The translations under genes and the position numbers were made by a program. This document shows positions 18,832-28,071 of a DNA stretch of 49,157 nt, in pieces (position 1 is the stretch's first letter; the number at the start of each line of letters is the position of its first letter). The notes beneath the pieces were generated by a model. That model was given only the letters and a program-made list of their open reading frames with translations. It was not told the origin of the DNA and made no database searches. Where the stretch lies: positions 1 to 49,157 of the forward strand of contig CAYFWJ010000007.1 in assembly GCA_964346755.1 (NCBI GenBank), read 5' to 3'. The DNA comes from an uncultured Ectothiorhodospiraceae bacterium (GTDB lineage Bacteria; Pseudomonadota; Gammaproteobacteria; CAYFWJ01).

Positions 18832-19605
18832 ATGGCGAAGATGGTGTATTTGCTCGAGATCATGAGTCGGTTACGGGATCCGGAGGCGGGGTGCCCTTGG
18901 GATCTTCGACAAACCTGGACCAGCATAGCCCCTTATACCCTTGAGGAGGCCTACGAGGTCGTCGACGCCATCGATCGGGGGGATGCCTCCGATCTGTGCG
19001 ACGAGCTGGGGGATTTGCTCTGGCAAGTCGTCTTCCATGCTCGGATCGCCGAAGAAGCGGGGGCCTTTGATTTCGCCGATGTCGTCGAGGGACTGACCGA
19101 TAAACTCGTGCGTCGGCACCCGCACGTCTTCGATCGGTCCGCCCCGAGTCCGATGGGGGCTGGGTCCCCGGCGAGTTGGGAGGCAATCAAGGCCGACGAG
19201 CGCGCCTCAAAGGCCGCGACTTCGGACGCCCCCCTCGCCGGGGTGGCGCGAACCTTGCCCGCTTTGCGTCGGGCCCAGAAACTCCAAAAACGGGCCGTTC
19301 AGCTCGGCGTCGCTCAGGATGACGGCGCCGGTCACCGGGCGCGGCTTGAGGCCAACCTCGACCGGACGCTTGGAGCAGCGAAGGCAGGGCCGGGTCCCGA
19401 GGGGGCCCAAGCCCTGGGGGACTTGCTTTTCGCCCTCGCCGCCTGGGCCCGGCAGCAAGGGCTGGATGCGGAGGAAGCCCTGCGGCAAGCCAATCGTCGG
19501 TTCGAGACGGATTGTGGGGCCCGACTGGCGGAATCGCCGGCGAGTGCCCTCGATCGGCCGCCACGGGCTCACGGGGCGACGAGTCCGTCGGATCCATCGG
19601 TCTGA
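18832..19605 (+). CDS. mazG: Nucleoside triphosphate pyrophosphohydrolase
   Basis: LRDP..GCPWD, EEAYEV.DAI, ELGDLL and KLVRRHPHVF motifs. Second domain degenerate. Confidence 0.9.
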   Translation: MAKMVYLLEIMSRLRDPEAGCPWDLRQTWTSIAPYTLEEAYEVVDAIDRGDASDLCDELGDLLWQVVFHARIAEEAGAFDFADVVEGLTDKLVRRHPHVFDRSAPSPMGAGSPASWEAIKADERASKAATSDAPLAGVARTLPALRRAQKLQKRAVQLGVAQDDGAGHRARLEANLDRTLGAAKAGPGPEGAQALGDLLFALAAWARQQGLDAEEALRQANRRFETDCGARLAESPASALDRPPRAHGATSPSDPSV

Positions 19606-19805
19606 TGGCCGGTGGAGTCCGGGCGGTTCCGCGGGCATGGCCCGCATCGCGCCCCCGAGTCATCACGGCCAACGGGGCCGATCGGGAGCGAGTGGTGTCC
19701 TCCGAGGGGCTAGGCGGCTCGCTGACTCGAGGGCCGTCGCGGGGGCCGGGCGTTGGGCCCGTCGTGCCGGGAGCGAACCGGGAACGTGGGGCAATGGGTT
19801 AGGTT

Positions 19806-20663
19806 ATGAATCTATCGCTAGTGATCGCCGTGATCGGCGGGTTTTTTGCAGGTTGGGGGTTTCGGGAACTGCGCGCGTGGCAGATCCGGCGCCGCCGGGC
19901 GAACCACGACCCGCGGGCGATCGAGGAGGCCACGCTGCGGGCGAAATTGCACGCGCGCGACCGGGAGCTGAAGGAGCAGCGGGAGCACATCGAACGCGTG
20001 CGACGGCAGTTCGAGAATCGGGTAACAGAGTTGCAGGGCCAGCTTCAGGCCCGGCTTCAGGCCCAGTCGCGACGTTCGGCCCCATTCGCTGAGCCCGCCT
20101 CCGGTGGGACCGAGACGTCGTCCCCGGCGGATGGGGGTCTCGGGGCCGCCTCCCCGGCCCATGACCCGGTACGCAGGACCGGTTCCGAGGGGATCGCGGG
20201 CGGGTCGGATGCGGCGCTTCCGGTTGATCCGATCGTCGAGGCGGGGTCAGCGGCTGATGAGGGATCACCCGGGGAACCGGAGGACGAGGTTGTAACGCAC
20301 GGACCGACCGACAGGGATCCGGTGGCATCGGGATCGAGCGGGCCCGATGCATCGGAGAAGGCCGGGGTGACCCGGGTCGATTCCGTCGCCGAGCGCTCCG
20401 CCGTCCCCCCCGCATCGCCCTCGGATCGCCCACGTCGCAAGGCCCGTCAGGCCGAGTATCCCCTGCAGGCCATCCGCGGGATCGGCCCGGTCATCGCTGC
20501 CCGGTTGGCGAGCTCGGGGATCCATTCCGTCGAGGACTTGGCCCACTTGGATGTCGAGGAGGTCAAGCGGATCGCCGCGTTACATCCCGGCCTGCGAGCC
20601 GATCCGGGACGATGGATCGCCGACGCCCAGCGTCTTGCGGGATACGACAGCGGTCCGGAATAG
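19806..20663 (+). CDS. Membrane-anchored protein with coiled coil, low-complexity linker and C-terminal helix-hairpin-helix domain
   Basis: Hydrophobic N-terminus, E/Q/R-rich heptads, S/P/D/A linker and LQAIRGIGPVIAARL...GI.S..DLA. Confidence 0.7.
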   Translation: MNLSLVIAVIGGFFAGWGFRELRAWQIRRRRANHDPRAIEEATLRAKLHARDRELKEQREHIERVRRQFENRVTELQGQLQARLQAQSRRSAPFAEPASGGTETSSPADGGLGAASPAHDPVRRTGSEGIAGGSDAALPVDPIVEAGSAADEGSPGEPEDEVVTHGPTDRDPVASGSSGPDASEKAGVTRVDSVAERSAVPPASPSDRPRRKARQAEYPLQAIRGIGPVIAARLASSGIHSVEDLAHLDVEEVKRIAALHPGLRADPGRWIADAQRLAGYDSGPE

Positions 20664-20731
20664 CCCCCGGTTGCCCGGCGCCATGCCGAGGATCGCCCGC
20701 GGGGGCCGGTTGGACCGAGGGGGTTCGGGCG

Positions 20732-21676
20732 TCAGGCCCGCTGCATGCCGTGATAAAGATTGACCACATGTCGCGCCTCGGCAAAGAACAGCCACCGCTC
20801 GGCGACCAACCCGAGATAGGCGAAGACGGGGGCGAGGTATAGCAACCACGTCGCCTGGGGGACTGCAAAGACCGCGGGCGCCAGCAAGGCGAAGGGTAGG
20901 ACGAAGGTGAGGGCGAAACCGACGGTTCGCAGGGTTGTGATCTGACCGGAGGATACCTCGTAGCCGAATTCCTCAGTCAGGAAGGTCCCCGCGGTATGAC
21001 CGACATCCAGCAAGCGGACGGCGGCCCGGGTGAAGCCGGTCGCCGTGTTGATGGTGGTACCGGTCGGTTGCCCGATCCAGAAGTAGTAGATCAGCTTGGT
21101 CGTCGCGGCGACGGCGAGCAGGACGAGATCGAGTAACAGGAGTCCGCTGGGTGGTGGACCGATCAGCGCAGCGTACAGGGCAGTGAACAGCAAGCCACCG
21201 GACATCAGTCCGATGAGCAGGTAGTTGGCGGGCACCAGGGCGTTGTTCCATTGCGGGATGGTTTTCAGGCAGGCGTAGATCATGCCGGTCGAGAACAGGG
21301 TCACGACCGCAATCAGAGCGGCTAGGATCCCGAAGACCTGGACCGGTCCCGTAAAGCCCCCCTGTTGCCAGAGCAGCCCGAAATAGGCGAGGGCGACGGG
21401 GTAGAACACCAAGGCGAAGACCCCCTCTCGGGAGAGCCAGGAGGTCCGAAACCGGCTGAAGGCGCGCCAGGCGTTCTTGGGGTTGGCCAGGTGCAGGGTC
21501 GAGGACATCAGACCGGCGGTGATCAAGACGAGGGCGGTTATTGCCATGGCCGCTAAGGTGGGCACGGAGGCCTCCGCCAGCCAGCCGAACAGGCCCGCCA
21601 GGACGAACAAGATGAACAGCCCGTAGCCGAAGCCGGAGGTGACGGTGAAGAAGATCACAGAGAAGGCAGGATGCAT
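20732..21676 (-). CDS. soeC: Sulfite dehydrogenase membrane anchor (DmsC-like)
   Basis: MHPAFSVIFFT, HLANPKNAWRAFS...SWLSRE and ERWLFFAEA.H motifs. Confidence 0.88.
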   Translation of the reverse strand: MHPAFSVIFFTVTSGFGYGLFILFVLAGLFGWLAEASVPTLAAMAITALVLITAGLMSSTLHLANPKNAWRAFSRFRTSWLSREGVFALVFYPVALAYFGLLWQQGGFTGPVQVFGILAALIAVVTLFSTGMIYACLKTIPQWNNALVPANYLLIGLMSGGLLFTALYAALIGPPPSGLLLLDLVLLAVAATTKLIYYFWIGQPTGTTINTATGFTRAAVRLLDVGHTAGTFLTEEFGYEVSSGQITTLRTVGFALTFVLPFALLAPAVFAVPQATWLLYLAPVFAYLGLVAERWLFFAEARHVVNLYHGMQRA

Positions 21677-21733
21677 AGGGATTCCGTCTGATGGGCGGCC
21701 GTGGCTACCCAGACGGACAGCCACGGCGGTGGA

Positions 21734-22429
21734 TTAGCGGTTGACGACGCGGTTGACCCAGTTCTTGATGGTACTGGCGGGGTCCTGTTTGCGGACGTCC
21801 GCCGTGGGGACCGGCCGGGTGGATCGCGGGGGTAGGTACTTGTTGACCGGGTTATAGCCGAGCTCCGGCATCAAGGCATAGCCACCGCGTTCCCGAACCA
21901 GTCGGCTGACCTCCGAGTCGGGATCATCGAAGTCCCCAAAGAATCGGGCGTGGGTCGGACAGGTCAGGACACAGGCCGGTTGCCGGTCCTCCTGGGGGAT
22001 GGCTTCATCGTAGATCCGGTCGATGCACAGGGTGCATTTCTTCATCACCCCGTCCTCACGGTCCAGCTCGCGGGCCCCGTAGGGACAGGCCCAGGCGCAG
22101 TAGTTACACCCCATGCACTTATCCTGGTCCACCAGGACGATCCCGTCCTCGGCGCGTTTGTAGGAGGCACCGGTGGGGCAGACGGTCACGCAATCCGCGT
22201 CCTCGCAGTGCATGCAGGACATGGGGAAGTTGATGGTCTTATTGTCGGGGTAGTCCCCGACCTCGTAGTGACGGATCCGGTTGAACCAGACACCACTCGG
22301 ATCCGGGCCGAACGGGCCGTAGTCCGAGAGGGGGCCGGTGGTCCCGGAGGTGTTCCATTGTTTACACGCGACGGCGCAGGCATGGCAGCCCACGCAGGTG
22401 TCGAGATCGATGACAAGGCCTAGTTTCAT
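21734..22429 (-). CDS. soeB: Sulfite dehydrogenase 4Fe-4S subunit
   Basis: IDLDTCVGCHAC...C, SCMHC..CV.VCPTGA, CMGCNYCAWACPY and KKCTLC motifs. Confidence 0.9.
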   Translation of the reverse strand: MKLGLVIDLDTCVGCHACAVACKQWNTSGTTGPLSDYGPFGPDPSGVWFNRIRHYEVGDYPDNKTINFPMSCMHCEDADCVTVCPTGASYKRAEDGIVLVDQDKCMGCNYCAWACPYGARELDREDGVMKKCTLCIDRIYDEAIPQEDRQPACVLTCPTHARFFGDFDDPDSEVSRLVRERGGYALMPELGYNPVNKYLPPRSTRPVPTADVRKQDPASTIKNWVNRVVNR

Positions 22430-22468
22430 AGCGAAAAGCACTCGCGTCGTGGCCGGAACAGGGTGCGA

Positions 22469-25393
22469 TTATTTCCAGCCGCGGGTCAGGATGTCCCAGA
22501 AGCGGCGATTGAGATGCACGGCCTTATGGGTCTGGTAACGGAGGCGCTCCGGCGCCGGTGCCGCGCCCGGTAGGGGTTTGAGGGGCTCGAATTGTGGCCA
22601 GACCCCCGTTTCGTCCGGGGCGGCCGGGGTCACCTTGACGCGCAGGTCGTACCAGGCGGCCTGACCGGTCACCGGGTCCGAGTTGGTGTGACGTAGGGGG
22701 ACGCCCTGACCGTGGCCGTTCCCGTTACCGGTAACGGGCGTCTCGGGGAGCAGCTCCGAGATCAGGTGATTCATCAGAAAGCCGTGACGGGACTCGTTGG
22801 CGTCGGTACTCAGCCCCCAGGCGCCGGGTTGCTTGCCGATCGCGTTCCAGGTCCACACCGTATCCGGTTGCGTGCCCTCCATGAGCTTGACTTGAACTCG
22901 GATCGTGCCGTTGTGGGATTCCACCCACACCCACGAGCGATCCTCGATCCCGAGGGCCGCCGCTCGTTGGCGGTTCATGTACAGGTAGTTCTCCGCCATG
23001 ATCTGGCGTAGCCAGGCGTTCTGCGAGTCCCAGGAGTGATACATCATCATGGGTCGCTGATTGATGGCGAAGAAGGGGTACTCGGATTCGTCGACCCGGG
23101 TCTGTTCCAAGGGGGTGTAATGGAACGGGAGGGGGTCGAAGTACTTCGTGAGGCGCTCCCGATAGGCTGGATCCGTCGGCTGGGGCCCGTCGTACAGGCC
23201 CTGCCCCGCCAGGCGGAAGGTCTGCAGGGGTTCAGAGTACAATTGGATCAGGATGGGGTCGCTGTTGCCGTTGAAGCCGACCTCGTTGGCGAACTCCAGG
23301 TAGTCCTTGTTGGCGAAGCGGTAGTAGCGCAACGGCTCCGGCAGTTCGTAGAGGAAGAATCCCTGATTCTCGATGTAGCGATCCCACTGGTTGGGATTCG
23401 GGGCCCCACGGAGATGGGACTGGCCGTCTTCGCCTCGCCAACCGGCCAGGAAACCGATTCCGGGGGCCTTCTCGTAGCGGGTGATGAAGTCCTTGTAATC
23501 CCGATACTTCGGTTGTCCTGCCTCATCGGTGAAGGCCGGCAGACCGAGTCGCCCGGCAAGATCCACCATGACCTCCTGCCACGAGCGCACGTCGCGGTCC
23601 GGCTCCAACACCGGCGCGCGAATCGAGTCGCAGACGGCATTGGGCTCCGAGATCGGGCGGTCAAGCAGGGAGATCGTGTCGTAGCGCTCCAGATAGGTCG
23701 TATCCGGCAACACCAGATCGGCGAAATTGACCATTTCCGAGTGGAAGGCGTCCACGACGACGAGGTAGGGGATCTTGTGGTCCCCGTTCTCGTCCTTGGA
23801 TCGGAGCATCTCCTGGACGCTCTCCGTGTTCATCGTGGAGTTCCAGGCCATGTTGGCCATGAAAAAGATCAGGGTATCGATCGGATAGGGGTCCCCGTTG
23901 ACCGCGTTCGTCACGACCATGTGCATCAGGCCGTGGTTGGCCAGCGGCGCCTCCCAGGAGTACGCCTTGTCGAGACGCAAGGGGTTGCCCTCGGCGTCGA
24001 TGGCGAGGTCCTCGGGGCGCGTCGGGAAGCCCAGAGGGGGGGAGCTGAGCGGGGTATTCGGGGCCGTCTCACGGGCCGGTTTGATGCCGGGCGGGATCGG
24101 TTTGGGATAGGGGGCCTTGGCGCGATGGCCGCCCGGGCAGTCGATGGAGCCCAGCATGGCCTGCAGCAGATGCAGGGCTCGAGCGGTTTGGAACCCGTTG
24201 GAGTGGGCCGAGATGCCACGCATGGCATGCATGGACACGGGGCGGCCGATGACCTGTTCGTGACGCCGTCCGGCCCAGTCCGTCCAGGGGATGTCCAGGG
24301 TGATGGTCTCTCGGAAGGCGACGTGGGCCATCTCCAGGGCGACGCGTTCGATGGTCTCGGCGTCGATCCCGCACACCTCGGCGGCGTGCTCCGGGGCGTA
24401 CTCCGGGCTCAGGTAGCGTTCCGCCAGCAATGTCATGCTGGTCTTCACCGGGCGTCCATCCGGGGCGGTGAAGGAGCCGAAGAGGGCCGGTTTGATATCC
24501 GCCTGGCTGGCGTCGACGAAGGCCTCCTGTTCGAGGTCCCAGGCCAGCGGTTGGCCCGCCTCGTCGCGGAGTACGAGTCCATCGCCCGGCTGGCCGGGTG
24601 TCTGCACCACCAGATGGGGCCCGTTGGTATACCGAACCAGGAAATCCCAATCGAACTGCTCGTTGGCGAGCAGGACATGGACCATGGACAGGGCCAGCAT
24701 CGCGTCGGTGCCGGGACGGATCCCCAGCCACTCGTCAGCGACCGCCTGATAGCCCGTACGCACGGGATTGACCGCGACGAATTTGCCGCCGCGCCGCTTG
24801 AGCTGTTCGATCCCGATCTTCAGGGGGTTGGAGGCGTGGTCCTCGGCGACGCCCCAGAGCAGGAAGTACTTGGTGTGCTCCCAGTCCGGGTCACCGAACT
24901 CCCAGAAGGCGAAGCCGGTCGTGTACAGCCCGCCGGCGGCCATGTTCACCGAGCAGAAGCCGCCGTGGGCCGCCCAGTTGATCGTGCCGAATTGGCTGGC
25001 CCACAGCCCGGTCAGGGCTTGCATTTGGTCCCGGCCGGTGAAGTAGGCAAGTTGGTTCGGATCCGTCGCCCGGATGTGCTTCAGCCGGGCGGTCAATTCG
25101 TCCAGGGCCTCTTCCCAGGAGACCGGCTCGAACTCCCCGGCGCCCCGCTCCGTGCCGGGTTTCCGGCGGAGGGGGTAGGACAGCTTGGCCGGGGAGTTCT
25201 GCTTCATGATCCCGGCGTTGCCTTTGGCGCAGAGCACACCCTGGTTGATGGGGTGATTGCGGTTGCCCTGGATATATCGGACGTTGTTCCCTTCGACCGT
25301 CACCTTGATGCCACAGCGACAGGCGCACATGTAGCAGGTGGTGTATTTGACTTCCTGTTCCGCGTGATTTTCGAATTCGGGGAGGGCGCTCAT
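22469..25393 (-). CDS. soeA: Cytoplasmic molybdopterin sulfite dehydrogenase catalytic subunit
   Basis: TTCYMCACRCGI, FTGRDQ, AAHGGFCSVNMAA, HAMRGISAHSNGF, MYHSW.SQNAWLRQI and SDPVTGQAAWYDLRV motifs. No Tat signal. Confidence 0.9.
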   Translation of the reverse strand: MSALPEFENHAEQEVKYTTCYMCACRCGIKVTVEGNNVRYIQGNRNHPINQGVLCAKGNAGIMKQNSPAKLSYPLRRKPGTERGAGEFEPVSWEEALDELTARLKHIRATDPNQLAYFTGRDQMQALTGLWASQFGTINWAAHGGFCSVNMAAGGLYTTGFAFWEFGDPDWEHTKYFLLWGVAEDHASNPLKIGIEQLKRRGGKFVAVNPVRTGYQAVADEWLGIRPGTDAMLALSMVHVLLANEQFDWDFLVRYTNGPHLVVQTPGQPGDGLVLRDEAGQPLAWDLEQEAFVDASQADIKPALFGSFTAPDGRPVKTSMTLLAERYLSPEYAPEHAAEVCGIDAETIERVALEMAHVAFRETITLDIPWTDWAGRRHEQVIGRPVSMHAMRGISAHSNGFQTARALHLLQAMLGSIDCPGGHRAKAPYPKPIPPGIKPARETAPNTPLSSPPLGFPTRPEDLAIDAEGNPLRLDKAYSWEAPLANHGLMHMVVTNAVNGDPYPIDTLIFFMANMAWNSTMNTESVQEMLRSKDENGDHKIPYLVVVDAFHSEMVNFADLVLPDTTYLERYDTISLLDRPISEPNAVCDSIRAPVLEPDRDVRSWQEVMVDLAGRLGLPAFTDEAGQPKYRDYKDFITRYEKAPGIGFLAGWRGEDGQSHLRGAPNPNQWDRYIENQGFFLYELPEPLRYYRFANKDYLEFANEVGFNGNSDPILIQLYSEPLQTFRLAGQGLYDGPQPTDPAYRERLTKYFDPLPFHYTPLEQTRVDESEYPFFAINQRPMMMYHSWDSQNAWLRQIMAENYLYMNRQRAAALGIEDRSWVWVESHNGTIRVQVKLMEGTQPDTVWTWNAIGKQPGAWGLSTDANESRHGFLMNHLISELLPETPVTGNGNGHGQGVPLRHTNSDPVTGQAAWYDLRVKVTPAAPDETGVWPQFEPLKPLPGAAPAPERLRYQTHKAVHLNRRFWDILTRGWK

Positions 25394-25492
25394 AAGGCCT
25401 TTATAAACCTCGATAAACAGACAGCTTAAGACGAGCTAGTCTCAAGTGTCCGCGGTATCGAGGCGGCCCACAAGACAATATTTTTGATTTTT

Positions 25493-25530
25493 TCATAAAC
25501 AGGACTTATTAGAATAAGCCCTGTTTATGA
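25493..25530. promoter_or_regulatory. AT-rich inverted repeat, candidate operator upstream of soeA
   Basis: TCATAAACAGGACTTATT-AG-AATAAGCCCTGTTTATGA: 18-bp arms with 1 mismatch. Confidence 0.55.
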
Positions 25531-25592
25531 CCCCAACGGCATCAAGGGATTGGGTCGCGTGGGGCCTGCGCCGGGTTGAGGCCTTGCTTCGG

Positions 25593-26570
25593 TTAACGGG
25601 ACGTTGAGGGGCTAGGCTCGCTCGATCCAGCCAGATCTTCGGTCCAGTCGCGATCCGCTTTGAGGGGAAGGGTCGACCGCGCCGTGGGGTTGTGATCCCA
25701 CTCACCGCTGCGCAGGTACTCCGCAAAGGCGGCGCCGAGTTCCGGATGCGACAGGGCATATTCCACGTTCGCCTTGAGGTAGCCCAGTTTGTCGCCACAA
25801 TCATAGCGCTTGCCCGCGAGGGTTAGGGCGAGGACACGTTCTTCCCGCAGGAGCGCGGCGATGGCGTCGGTCAGCTGGATCTCGCCACCACTGCCCACGG
25901 GCGTGTTCTCCAATTTGTTAAAGATGTTCGGGGAGAGGATGTAGCGGCCGATCGCGGCGAGATTGCTGGGGGCGCGCTCCGGGGCGGGCTTCTCGATGAT
26001 GGCATCCACGTCCGAGACGTATTGGCCCTGCCGGGAGACGCTCACGATGCCGTATTTATGGGTTTCCGACCGGGGCACTTCTTCGACTCCGAGTACGCTG
26101 CAGCGATTGTACTCGAAGGTGTTCACCATCTGGGCCAGGGCGCCGGGCCCTTCGTTGCGGATCAGGTCGTCGGCGAGGAGGACGGCGAAGGGTTCATCGT
26201 TGATCAACTCCTTGGCCATGAGCACGGCGTGCCCGAGGCCGAGGGCCTCCGACTGACGGAGGTAGATGCACCGGACGTGCTCCGGGACGATGTTGCGGAC
26301 GGTCTCCAGGAGCTCGAGCTTGCCCTTGCGCTCCAACTCCGTCTCGAGCTCATAGGCCTTATCGAAGTGGTCCGGGATCGAGCGCTTGTTTCGACCGGTG
26401 ACGAAGATCAGTACCTCGATCCCTGCTTCGACGGCCTCAGCGGCCGCGTATTGCAGCAGGGGCTTATCGACCACTGTCATCATCTCTTTGGGGTTGGCCT
26501 TGGTTGCGGGTAGGAAACGCGTCCCCAGGCCAGCCACGGGGAAAACCGCCTTACGGATCTTGGGTGTCAT
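25593..26570 (-). CDS. galU: UTP--glucose-1-phosphate uridylyltransferase
   Basis: [33 protein letters not shown] and [10 protein letters not shown] motifs. Confidence 0.97.
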   Translation of the reverse strand: MTPKIRKAVFPVAGLGTRFLPATKANPKEMMTVVDKPLLQYAAAEAVEAGIEVLIFVTGRNKRSIPDHFDKAYELETELERKGKLELLETVRNIVPEHVRCIYLRQSEALGLGHAVLMAKELINDEPFAVLLADDLIRNEGPGALAQMVNTFEYNRCSVLGVEEVPRSETHKYGIVSVSRQGQYVSDVDAIIEKPAPERAPSNLAAIGRYILSPNIFNKLENTPVGSGGEIQLTDAIAALLREERVLALTLAGKRYDCGDKLGYLKANVEYALSHPELGAAFAEYLRSGEWDHNPTARSTLPLKADRDWTEDLAGSSEPSPSTSR

Positions 26571-26803
26571 GGGCGATGCCTCGTTGCAGTCGGCGGGAAA
26601 CAGCCGCGCGCCGATGTCCTAAGCGACCCGACCGCGTGGGTATGAGCGAACGGCTTGAGCCCGGCGGAGGGCCGCTGGACCCGTGCGTCTGGGCGGATTG
26701 TGCGCTGGCTCGACTGGGCTGTCCAGATGCGCCCGGTCGTGTCTGCAGAGGCGAGGGGTGAGGGGCAAGGCGCGCGGGAGGCGCCTTGCCGCGGATCGCT
26801 CGG

Positions 26804-27130
26804 CTACTCCGCCGGTTGCGTGACCGAATCGGAGCGCTGCGGGGTGTCTTTGACCACCGGTTCGTCCGCGCTCAGCAGGATGTTCTTCCGGTTACTCGCC
26901 AGGGTCTTCGGCCCGATGCCGGGGACGTTCATGAGCTCCTGCGGCGACTCGAAGCGCCCGTGGGTCTTGCGGTACTCGACGATGCGTTGGGAGTAGGCCG
27001 GTCCCACCCCGTCGAGGGCATTGGCCAGGGTCTTGGCGTCGGCGGTGTTGATGTTGACGGGCTCGGCGTTGACCGGGCCGATTCCGAATACCGTGATCAA
27101 GGCAAACAATACAACGACAGGACGTATCAT
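26804..27130 (-). CDS. comEA: ComEA-family helix-hairpin-helix DNA-binding protein
   Basis: Signal peptide, VNINTA, L.GVG...IVEYR..HG.F and V.GIG.KT motifs. Confidence 0.9.
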   Translation of the reverse strand: MIRPVVVLFALITVFGIGPVNAEPVNINTADAKTLANALDGVGPAYSQRIVEYRKTHGRFESPQELMNVPGIGPKTLASNRKNILLSADEPVVKDTPQRSDSVTQPAE

Positions 27131-27329
27131 CAGTTAAGGCTCCCATGTCCATGAACGGAGCCTGCCACGGTAAGGACGTGAGTTTGCGCGACGATGACAA
27201 GTCCATGACATCTTTTTAACGGGTCCGCCGAAGGCGGGTTGAGGCGTGCGGGTGCCGACCCTGCCCGTCAAGCACCGGCCTGCGTCCCTTGGGATCGGGG
27301 TTAGGGGGAGAGGGGGAGGCGCGAGGCCC

Positions 27330-28046
27330 CTACAGGAGATCCGAGGTGGCGAATTGGCGGTGCAGGGCCTCGACGGCCGCGAGCGGATCATCGGCGGCGG
27401 TTACCGGACGGCCGATGACCAGGTAGTCGGCCCCGACGGCTCGGGCCTCGATCGGGGTCATGGTGCGCCGCTGATCGTCGGCGGGGGATCCGGGCGAGCG
27501 GATGCCGGGGGTGACCTGGAGGGCCTCCGGGAATACCCGCGTGACCTGGGCCACCTCGTGGCCCGAGCAGACGACGCCGTCGAGCCCGTTATCCCGGGCT
27601 AGGGTGGCCAAGCGCGCGGTGTGCTCCCGGGGTGAGTCGGTGAGCCCGAGGGCTTGCATCTGCGGCGCGTCCAGGTGGGTCAGGACGGTGACGGCGAGGC
27701 AATACGGGCGTTCGCCTCGCCCCTGACAGGCCTCGGCGGCCCGTTGCAGCATCTCCGGGCCACCGCCTCCGTGGACATCCACCATCCACACCCCGAGACG
27801 ATGGGCCACCCGGCAGGCCTTGGCGACGGTGGTGGGGATGTCGTGTAGCTTGAGATCGAGAAAGAGCTCATAGCCGCGGTCGTGGAGGGCGTCGACGATG
27901 GATGGACCGGCGGCGGTAAAGAGCTCCAAGCCGACCTTGAGCCGACAGAGACGCGGGGAAAGGGTATCCGCGAGCTGCAATGCGGCGGGGGCGTCGGGGA
28001 CGTCGAGGGCGACGATGAGGGGGGAATCGGGGATCGGGGTTGTCAT
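27330..28046 (-). CDS. pyrF: Orotidine-5'-phosphate decarboxylase
   Basis: IVALD, KVG, FLDLKLHDIP.T, TPGIR, DDQ.R and VIGRP motifs. Confidence 0.96.
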   Translation of the reverse strand: MTTPIPDSPLIVALDVPDAPAALQLADTLSPRLCRLKVGLELFTAAGPSIVDALHDRGYELFLDLKLHDIPTTVAKACRVAHRLGVWMVDVHGGGGPEMLQRAAEACQGRGERPYCLAVTVLTHLDAPQMQALGLTDSPREHTARLATLARDNGLDGVVCSGHEVAQVTRVFPEALQVTPGIRSPGSPADDQRRTMTPIEARAVGADYLVIGRPVTAADDPLAAVEALHRQFATSDLL

Positions 28047-28071
28047 CGTGGGGCCCTCGAGGGGCGGGCCG

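Noticed and set aside
17596-19605. QueC-like gene plus MazG as an anti-phage defence island
   Set aside because: No QatA/B/D, cyclase, nuclease or mobility genes nearby. Composition and context look like core chromosome.
19655-19670. UGAUGA on the minus strand as a hammerhead ribozyme core
   Set aside because: Not preceded by C, and no GAAA core at the required position.
23036-25429. 797-aa plus-strand ORF antisense to soeA, and similar long antisense ORFs over gspD, rpsA, gyrA and gltA
   Set aside because: Shadow ORFs caused by high-GC codon bias in the real genes. They contain no recognisable motifs.
25505-25522. Irr ICE box within the soeA palindrome
   Set aside because: Only a half-site (TTAGAA) matches, and the symmetry differs from TTTAGAA-N3-TTCTAAA.
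26661-26790. Hairpins between comEA and galU
   Set aside because: The 10-bp stem at 26764-26790 lacks a U-tract, and the 14-bp stem depends on four G-U pairs. Not distinguishable from GC-rich background.
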